A stretch of DNA of 64,000 nucleotides from Lama guanicoe (lineage: Eukaryota), in contig MU056760.1 in the NCBI GenBank assembly GCA_013239625.1, positions 2,795,493 to 2,859,492 of the forward strand. The letters run 5' to 3'. This document shows positions 54,716 to 64,000 of this stretch, one piece after another; positions within the stretch are counted from its first letter, which is position 1; each line of letters begins with the position of its first letter. A program made the translations under genes and the position numbers. The notes beneath the pieces are model-generated. The model saw only the letters and a program-made list of their open reading frames with translations, was not told the origin of the DNA and did no database searches.

Positions 54716-54757
<42 letters not shown>
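54682..54757. repeat. Compound microsatellite (GACA)n(CA)~20
   Basis: gacagagagacagacagacagagacagacagacagac followed by a perfect acacac... run. Confidence 0.95.
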
Positions 54758-54760
<3 letters not shown>

Positions 54761-55458
54761 TGGCTCCTCCCCACACACCTCCGTATCTCTTGAGATAGGG
54801 ATTTTCAAACTCATTGAAAAGAGTAGCCCTCTTTCCAAACAAGATCTCAGGTAGAAGCTCACTAGAGCCAAAGTGGTATGTAAAAGCCACTGCAGCCCCG
54901 CCCCCGCCCTGGGCGGCCTTCCCATCTGTCCTGTTGCTCCGCCATGGGCAGCACTAAGGGCCCAAACCTTCCATTTTTGGTGCTTAATTTTGGCGTCTGG
55001 CGGCTTGTTGTCTCGCCTTCTTACCCTCCTCCCTGCGGGCCCTGTTCCATCATGAATTGCTCAGGGTCCAGCTCCCAGGCCATGCGGGCAGAGCAACTTG
55101 GCCTGGAGCCCTGCTGGCCAGACTGAGCACTGACTGCCCTCTGGTCCTGAGCAGCCCTGAGTCAGCACTGCTCCCATCTGGCCAGAGCCAGGGACCCTGC
55201 CTGAGGCTCCACCCAGCCCCAGCTTCTCCTGTTCTCCCCATCCATCCCTGTGGTTCTCTGGAGACAGCTTCACCCTGGGATGAAGAGCTCCCCTTCCTTT
55301 CTTGATTCCTGGCCACCCGAGGGCCATCCAGCGCCTCCAGAGAAGGGGGGGGCCTTTCCTAGGGCTTCCTGAGTGCCATCTCTCCCTCTTGCCTAATTGG
55401 TCGTGTTCCAGGCCCTCAGAGGACTATGAAGTCAGGCGTATGCATCTTCCCTGGTGGG

Positions 55459-55472
55459 GTCTCCATAGCAAC
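55459..55472. promoter_or_regulatory. RFX X-box motif GTCTCCATAGCAAC
   Basis: Match to the X-box consensus; function untested. Confidence 0.45.
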
Positions 55473-56244
55473 AAAAGGCCTAGCTCTGCGGAGTGCGGTG
55501 AGGAGGAAAATGTTCCAGCTAAAAATGTACACGGTCGTCAGTGGGTGGGCACCCAAGGCTCCAGGCACATAGACGGCAGCTCCCCACCCCAATCTTGGCC
55601 CCTGCCTGTCCAGGAAGTTGGTGATGTTCAGACTTTACCTCGTATCTTTGAGCAAGAGGATGGCCCCCTGTGCTGCCATCCTGTGCCACGCTTGAGGGCT
55701 GGAACACAGATGCAACAGTGCAAAGCAGCCTTTCTAGGACTGGAGGCCAAAAGGGGGTCCTCGCCTCTCCCTCTGATCACCACCCTGTCCCCCTGCCTCC
55801 CCACACCCTTCCCAGGGTGGGTGGATGAGGATGTAGAGAGGATAGAGTGCCAGTTTCACTTCCCACCCTTTTTGTGACAATTCCTGTCACTTCCTCTGTC
55901 TCTCTGGTTGTTGGAGCCAAACATCAGGGCCAAGCTTCCTGGGCAGCCCTGACCCCTCCCAGGGGCCCCCCTTTCGCCCAGCATCCACCCCTGGTCCCCG
56001 GCCATCTCACTCTCCTCCTGCGATTCTGACCTGCCTGGCCAGGCTGCGGTGAGCTTTAGGTCCCAGGAAGCCCAGCCACTGATGCGGGCACCAGAGCTGT
56101 CCATCCAGCCCTCACAAGCTTACGGTCCTCCCTCCGTTTGGAGAGTCCCAAGCCGGTAGCATCCGCTCTTCAGTCCCACTCGTCGCGGGGGAGGACAGTG
56201 CCACAGTGCAGCACAAGGCCATGGGGTGACAGGCCCGTCAACTT

Positions 56245-56420
56245 GAGCTCACGCATGCCAGACACCGTTCAGAGGCTTTGCACATACTGACTCACGTGAA
56301 CTTAACCCTAGAGGTGGGCATGGCAGTCTTTGCCATTTGCAGCTGAGGAAAGTGAGGGCCAGAGACCGGTGACCTGCCCAGGTGTTAATGGAGCGACCCA
56401 AAGCCAGGTCTGCTGACTGG
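56245..56420 (-). mobile_element. MIR SINE
   Basis: ccatttgcagctgaggaaagtgagggccagagaccggtgacctgccca. Confidence 0.65.
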
Positions 56421-56560
56421 AAGGCTCATCCCTTGGGGCCAGAGCTCCCCCAGTGGGTGACCCAGGATGCTGGGCTAGAAGCAAGGCTGGGACGGACACA
56501 GGTGGGATTTGCATAGGTCAAGGGCACGGTCACTTGTTCCTTCCAAAGCTTGAGATGTAG

Positions 56561-56869
<309 letters not shown>

Positions 56870-58880
56870 TCCTGCTCATCAGTGGCTGGGAGGGAGGGAG
56901 GGAGGGAGCTGCCCAGCGTGGGTGGACAGGCAGGCAGCAAGTAGCGTGGGTCTGGGGAGGTGCAGGGCCTCAGGGAAATACATCTCTAGGGAACACTTCT
57001 ACAGGCTGCAGCCCTAGTTCTCGCCTCCCCCACCCCGCCCCTGCTTCCCTCCAGGGCCAGCTGGGTCTAGGAGCTGCTCAGCTGGAGCTGGGTGGACCAG
57101 GTTTGCATCAAAAACAAATCTCTTGTTCCTTGGGACTCAGACAAGCATCATGGTATTTGTGAGCAAGGAAGTAGCTGGGAGGCCACGTGGCCTCCCCAGT
57201 GTATCTGTGCCTCATCTAAATGTGCAGTAAGGCTCTGAGCCCCTCTCGACCCCCACCCCTCCACCTAGAAGCCCCTGTACTGTACCTGTCACTCTCCCTC
57301 AACATCCCAGACCCTAGATTTCCTGGCTTTGCACAAGCTTTAGTCTAGAACCTCAGCTCTCTGCTCTCCCATGAACGGCCCTTGGGCAGGGCCAAGAGGG
57401 TTCTCCTGGGTTCCTGCCTCAGCCCCTCAGGAGACAGTCTGCCTGAACCCTAAGTAACTTAGAGTCATGGTGACTGGACTTGTTCCCCAAGAGCACTGGT
57501 GGGGGAGTCTCACAGCTGTTCTTCACCCCCTGCCCCAGGCCTCTGTCTTGGGGAGGCCCCGGGCCCTCGTCTCACACCTTACTCTCAGGTCAGGTCCAGG
57601 GCAGTCCTGGCTTGAAGAATCTGCTGGCAAGTGGGAAGAGAGGGTAGACCTCTGGGTCCTTTCCCAGGTTTGGGGCCACGTGGCCTCCCAGCTAGCATTG
57701 CCCCTCTTTGTGTGTTGAGGCCAGTTGGGCCCCACTCTGGTCTTCCCCTCTGTTGCCAAGTGCCTTTGGGGCCTCTGGTGTCTGGCCAGGGGCACTGAGC
57801 TCAGCCCTAAGCTTTCAGTTCTGCCCACCCGCATCTCCCTGGAGACGTGCCCCACCCAGCAGCCTCCTGCGGCCCTAGGCCTTAGCCCCCAGGACTCAGG
57901 ATCCAAGCATGGCTGCTGGACCAACCCAGCCTTTCTAATGCTTTGCATCAACACCTCATTCCTAGAAACCTTATTTTTCTGGGAAATGGGTACAATGCCA
58001 ATCCCGCGGGGCGTTATCATGTGGAGATGGGCAGTCTGTAAGAGTGGCCTTCATACATCTCACCACCCACAGCCCGTTTTCACCTCAGGCTTTCTTAGGT
58101 TACACAAGCACCGACTACCACTCTGGCAATTGGCTTCCCCCTGTCTGGGGCCAAATGGGGACTGTGATTAGAGACCCAAGGAGGAGCGAAGCCTGGCCCC
58201 TCTGGTTGGGCAGGCCTTTGTGTACTGACAGCCTTCTCTGCAGGGGTGCTGGGGGGGTGTCTCCCCTGCTGGCCTTGCTGCACGATGCTTTCAGAATTCT
58301 CCCGAGGAAGTCAGCCCCCACGGGCCTATCAGGGAAGTCCTTTTTTATCTGCACTCTGGGTTTTAGTTTTAAAGCTCTATTTGGTACATCTCTCATTTGA
58401 AGGTGTGGGGAAAGGTCGGGCGAGGGCTGCCCTGGTTTGTCAGAGCCCCATTTGTTCCTCAGAGGGGAGGAGCCATTGGAGTCCCACCTGCTCCCGGCAC
58501 TGGCTCAGCACTGCACAGCCCCAGTGCCTCCAGCGGGAGCCTGCACCTCCTGGCCTTCCCCTCCTGGCTGAGGGACATTGCAAGGACAGCAGCTCCTTCA
58601 CCTCCTGGTTGAAGGATCCCTATATGTGTATGTGTGTGTATAAATATATATATAATAGAGATCTATTTTTTCTGGAATTCTATTAGAAAAAACTAAATAA
58701 GAAAAAGCAAGTGCTGTTGGTTTACCTTGGGATGGCCAAAGATGTTAGTAGTCAGTCCTTGGTAATAGGAAAAGGCAACAAATGCATTTTGATTTGAAGT
58801 ATTCCATAGAGGAAGCCTCTGAAGGTTTCTCACAGCTCGAAACAAAGGTCTTGAATAAAGAGACCCTTGAAGGGAAAGTA
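56870..58880 (+). other. TTC7A: TTC7A 3' UTR (about 2 kb; end approximate)
   Basis: Runs from the stop codon to the first canonical AATAAA I found, which has a downstream GU-rich element. Confidence 0.7.
58854..58859 (+). terminator. Polyadenylation signal AATAAA
   Basis: ttgAATAAAg, followed ~25-45 nt later by GT-rich ggtttgtgtg...gtgtgttc. A weaker ATTAAA lies at 59670-59675. Confidence 0.7.
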
Positions 58881-60559
58881 GGTTTGTGTGAAGCAGTGTG
58901 TTCATTTATCTAACAGTCACCCCTGGAACAAGCCTTGGCTGAGCCTTGGAGAGGAGGCAGTATTGCTGGAGGAGAGAGGCCTGAGAGGTGGTGAAGGCAG
59001 GGGTGGGGGTACACAGAGGGGAGGGGACACCCACTGGGGAGGTTGTGGTGAGGCTTTGGGTGATATGGCTCAAGCCTGGAGGTAGGTGGGAGGAGGCAGA
59101 GGGGTCCAGGCAGGGCCAGCTGAAGCGGGCCTCATTCTGGCCTGCCTCCTTCCCCTCAGGTGGGCCTTCAGAGTACTGCCGGAAGAGGCCGGGCCAGACC
59201 TGCCATCTGAACAGGAGAGCCCCTCCAAGGGCACTGCCAGTGGCGCATCTTCCCCCAGGGGGAAGATCACATCCAGATCAGCCACCAGCTCTGAGAAGTC
59301 CGTACCAACACTCCTAAGTTATGCCGCATAAGTATGCGTGACATACTGGACGTGTTAGAAGACGCGCTTCTTCACGTGCCCCAAGGCTGCACCCACCCAC
59401 TTGGAAGACGTTTGTCCTGAAGGCTGGCCTGGACAGAGCTGCCCACTCAGCACCCTGGCCTTCTCCACCCCGACCCCCCAGCCCTAGTCTCGGTGACAAT
59501 TCTGCTGTCCTCGTGAGGAAGGGCCCTTCTTGGGGCTGTTGGGTGCCCCGGTTCTCTTTCACAGTGATACCGTTTTTTAGAAAACACACAGTCTTTAGTG
59601 ATTTAACAATTAATATCAGATTACTGGTCACACACCCTCACGCCCAGCTCACGGCCCCCTGGTGTGAGAATTAAAGGTCCTTTAGGCTATAGTGGTGTCA
59701 CTTGTCTGCCAGCCTGGGAGAAAGGTCTAGAAAAGCTCATCCTACAGGGAAGAGGACAGGGAATGTGGAGGGAGGGAGGCAGGGGAGGCCTTCTGTTCCT
59801 GAGGAGGGCTTTGCCGAGCTGAGCTGACCTCAGGTTGGTCAGATGTTGGAAAGTGAAGCAGTGGTGGAAACACAAGCGTTTCCTGACCTCCAGTTCCCCA
59901 TCTGCAGATCCCTTATTCACACACAACACAAGCCCTCACTGGAGAGGGAGGGGGCCAGCTCCATGTCCAACGCATTGCACCAGAATGAGGGCTGGGGTTT
60001 GGGGATAAGACTCGGGGTTGCACTGTCACCCCCCGTGGACCTCCAGCCCACAGCCCTTCTGTATTGATAGTGTTTATCTGCAGGCACAAGTATGAGTGGA
60101 ATTTCAGCTGCCACCACCACCCAGACTCCTTTCTGGTACCAAAGTACTCATTGTTGCATTCACACCCCTCACCCAAGCACTCAGATGTCATCACCATGCA
60201 AGTATTTCTTGGCCTTGATTGGGATGCATCCAGCCGGACAAACCTCCCCCAGCCCGTGCCACCTGCTCTTAATGACAAACCCCAGTCAGCGAGCCTCACA
60301 CACAAGGACCTGTGAGACCAGCCCACGTGGTGCTGACTCAAAGGATTCTAGAGGCTAGTGAGGTCCTAACACAAAACTATCCTGCTATCCGCTGCCAGAG
60401 ATTCCTTTGACTCTTCACCAACCTCTTTTAGTTGCAAAAAGCAGAGACCCACTGGAGGTAACTCCAGGAAAGAGACAAGGGGAAGTTCCCTGGACCCCTA
60501 GGGCAGGAACTGGGGCCAAAGCAGTCGCCCATCGACTTTGCTGATGGAATGAGCACCCT

Positions 60560-60770
60560 GCCTGAGCTCAAAGGCCCAGCTCTATCACTGGCTGGCCCTG
60601 TGCCCTTGAGCAAGTCACTTAACCTCTCTGTGCCTGTCTCCTTGTCTGTCAAGTAAGAATAATCCTAGAATAGTACCCGCTTTGTGGATTGTAATGATTG
60701 CAAAAGACATGGAAAGAGCCTGGAACAGTGCCTGGCCCGTGGTAACCGCACAATAACAAGATACGTGTGT
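60560..60770 (+). mobile_element. MIR SINE
   Basis: tgtgcccttgagcaagtcacttaacctctctgtgcctgtctccttgtctgtcaag...ggaacagtgcctggc. Confidence 0.8.
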
Positions 60771-62049
60771 GATGATGTCTGTGCTCCACCTGCTCCATCC
60801 TCCTCTCCCTGCCAGCTGAATTTGCTCACTCAGAGAGGCTCCCATAGGACTACGTTCAGCCCACACACACCCTGATCTTCCACCTACAGTAGCGCCACAG
60901 CAACCTTCCTCTGCGCATCTTAGTTTAGAGTTTTGGATGAGAGGATCCCCTTGGTCACATTCATTTTTCCACAGGTCACTAAGCAGTCAGCTGTGACCAG
61001 AGGGCACAGGCCTCAGGACACAAAATACGGCTGCTTGAGCAGCTAGAGTTCTGGGTGAGCAGTAACCAGGCCCCTTCTGAGGCCCTGCTTCAGTCCATCA
61101 TCCCCTCAAGTCTTGCCCTCCCGGGCAATGGGTCCAAGGCAAGTCTCTCTTGAGGAACTCATGCTCCCTTGAGCACCTACCCCTTCCCCTATTATCGTCA
61201 CCTTATGGAGCACTCATAGGGGCTCTGTCCTGCCTCTTCTCTTGATGACAGTGACAATGCTAATATTCTCCCTGCACTGCGTTATGTATAAGGCTCTTAA
61301 CTTACTTGTAAATTCTCCTATGTTGCTCGTTTGGTCATCAACATCCTAAGGAAGTGGGTTTTGTCCCCCTGAAAGGTGACGAGATCCTGGTGCCTCCACT
61401 CACAGCCTTGGATATGGCAAGGCCTGAGAACCTAGGTCCTCACCCACAGAGCTGGCACCAGCTCACTGGCCGGTGGGAGAGAGGCAGGATGTTCCCATCA
61501 CGGAGGCAGAATGACTCGTCTGGGGTACATGGACATGTGTATCACCAGGAGTCCTCTGTGCAAGTGTCAGAGGGGCAGACAGAGGTCCAGAAGCCCTCTC
61601 TCTCTGCTGGCAGCTGCACCCCACGACTGGAGGCCCACGCTTCCAGTGGAGAAATGACTGATGTTCAATGCTGCCTGCCACCCTCGCCCCTTCTGCAGCT
61701 GGAGAGGAGGTTCCTTAAACAGAGATCACTCAAGAAGCTGCAAAGTCCTCCAAGAAGCAAGCAGATTTTAGAGATGCCAGGCAGCCCAGAAACAAGAAGA
61801 GGTCACCATGGGAGCTCTGCGCCGGGCCATGACCCCACTGCCCACCAGCCGACTGGACCACAGATTCAGAACCAAGTTCCTCCTCCGTGGACTAGCCCAC
61901 AGCCTATGAGGTGACCTGGGCACCCGAGGCAGAGGCTCCCCAGACTGGCGGTGACCGTCACTGCTCTCTTACCCTCTTACTCATTCTCCTCCCCTCTTAA
62001 CTGTCTCTTTGGAATTTGGCAAGAAGTCAGTCATTGTGGACCTCCTTTA

Positions 62050-62340
62050 AAACATATTTTTTTTCTGAACCATTTGAGAATAGAATGCATAAATCATGCC
62101 CTTTACCCCTTAATACTTTAGTGTGTTTTTGCCAAGAACAAAGGTCCTTATCTTGCATAACAGCAGCAAGTAAACAAATGAGGGGGGTTAACCTGACACA
62201 GTAATTTTCTGCTCTCCCATCCATATGCCAGCTTGTCAGTACTGTTCTTTGGAGCACTGTCTTCCTCCAGCCCAGGATCACAGATTCCACTTAGTTGTCA
62301 CATCTGTCTAGACTCCTTTAATCTGGAACCTCTCTTTGCC
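62050..62340 (-). mobile_element. L1MC-type fragment
   Basis: ttctgaaccatttgagaatagaatgcataaatcatgccctttaccccttaatactttagtgtg...tcctttaatctggaac. Confidence 0.65.
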
Positions 62341-64000
62341 TTTCACGACACTGACAGTGCTGGTAGCTGCAGACGGTCTGGCCTCTGCCGTCTGAGTGTG
62401 AGACAGAGAAAGAGGGAGGCAGTTGGTGGTGGGAGCAGAGGCTGAAAAGCAGCAGAAGCCAAAGTTCAGAGAGAAGAAGGGAGAACAGCTGACTGGAACG
62501 GGCAGGAAGACAGAAGCAAAAACGCAGAGGAGGTGAATCTCCGTAGGACAGAGCTCGCCAATCAAAGGAAATGGATGCCCGTTTTCAGGGCAGCAAAAGA
62601 TGACAGAAGCACGGGAGCTCCAGTCTATCCTGGATGACCACCTTTCCAGCTCCTGCAGCCTGACTCTGAAGCTAGGACTCCCACCTGATTCCTCTCATAT
62701 TCCTTGCAGTGACCCCCTGACAACTTAAGGGACCCTGGGTGTGCCTTTTCCTGGTGGCCCTGCACATCCCCCGAGAGGCCACCCTCTCCTTCGTTCCCTG
62801 GGTCTTCTCTCCACGTGCCCCCCTGCAGACCAGCCTTTTGGGGGGCATGCACCAGGGCACCCACCTATGGCTCTGCCCAGAAGCAAAGGGGTACAGGCAG
62901 ACTCGGTGAGAGCCCATCTCACAGGGCAGAGAAGTCAAGGTGCAGGCAGGCGAGGCGGCCTGCCCAAGGCCCCCAGGCGTTCTAGAACCTCTGTCTAGCG
63001 CACTCCTCGTGGGACACCCACCCTCCAGAGGAGGCGCATGTACACTGAAATTGGGGTCAGAATAGGTGTGGGGGGACACTGCAAAGAGGAACTGGCCTCA
63101 GGTGTCAGCTGTGACACCTGAGCCAGTCCTTTGTCTGCATAAAGGTCAGAGAACAGATGACTTCCCTAGCAACCTGTCCCCAGGTCCCAACAGCCTGGGC
63201 AATCTCTGTAACTGTGAGCTCAATCACTTCAGCTTGGGCCCAAAAGGAAGAGGCTACTGTAAGCTCCCTGTCACCTGTCTGGTGCCCAGGAGCCTGCTGC
63301 TCACTACCCCACCCCACAACAAGGCCCCCGGCTCAGTGACCATGGGTGGCAGCCCCCTACACAGTTCACACCCCCCGCCCCTGACAGCACCCTGCCAACG
63401 GTGCAGGGGCTTCAACAGCCTGGCCCAGTGCAGGCTGGTGTGAGCCCACAGAGGGCCCTTGCGGTCAGGGCCCTCTCCTCCATCCAGAAAGCTCCTCTAT
63501 TGAATTGGGAAAAACACCCTCCTGGGTTCTTGCCCTCTCTCCTTCCTCCTGTCAATCTGCCAGGTCTCCTGTGGCCTCAGTGACCCACGCCCTCCCATGT
63601 CCACTCCACTCCTGCAGGGCCTCTTCCCAGAATTTAAGACTCAGTCCCAGTTCCCACACCTTCCAGAAGTTTCTCTCCTTCCTCCCCACCTCCCATCACT
63701 CATCTTATGGGGCCCTTGTGCTTTGTCAGAACACCCAGGCTGGCACAGGCCCTGAGGGTTCTGCTTCCTGGGTGCAATCCCCACATCCCACACGCCCGGG
63801 CTCAGCCACACCTATGTGTGCCCTCATGAGGGGGGCACCAGCTGGGCTCTAGGGAGGCTCTCTGGCTACTGGGAGGCTTGGGGTACAAATGTGGAGTGAG
63901 GCCACCTTGGCCCCATCCACAGGCTGACCTTAGCCTTCCCTCTTGCCCAGCCCACACACCATCCCAGCGCTTTACCCTGGTGGTGTCTGCGACGGGGCTC

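Noticed and set aside
58900-64000. Possible terminal exons of the downstream antisense neighbour (STPG4 in human), including ORF 61354..61914
   Set aside because: No recognisable STPG4-like or other coding sequence found; that gene probably ends beyond the window.

Overview
Mammalian genomic DNA, most likely a camelid (a vic-1-type tRNA-derived SINE with target-site duplication lies at ~51.0-51.2 kb). The window holds the 3' part of TTC7A (tetratricopeptide repeat domain 7A, scaffold of the PI4KIIIalpha-EFR3-FAM126 complex) on the + strand. Eleven coding exons, equivalent to human exons 10-20, all have GT-AG boundaries and join in frame from CLERAMKF... to ...PFSIIPREL* (stop at 56867-56869). 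A ~2 kb 3' UTR with AATAAA at 58854 follows, then ~5 kb of flanking DNA. The rest is intron with MIR, L2, L1, CR1, MLT1 and hAT repeats, microsatellites and a 204-nt assembly gap. Main unexplained items: (1) a decayed tandem copy of exon 12, with its acceptor intact, ~1 kb upstream of the real exon; (2) a second ~140-bp diverged duplication with a similar ~1 kb offset in the same intron; (3) a 72-nt cassette-like sequence in intron 16 with a good acceptor but no donor at the in-frame position; (4) several near-consensus RFX X-box motifs across the gene; (5) a young 82-bp tandem duplication. Gene and repeat assignments come from recall of known sequences; no database searches were run.
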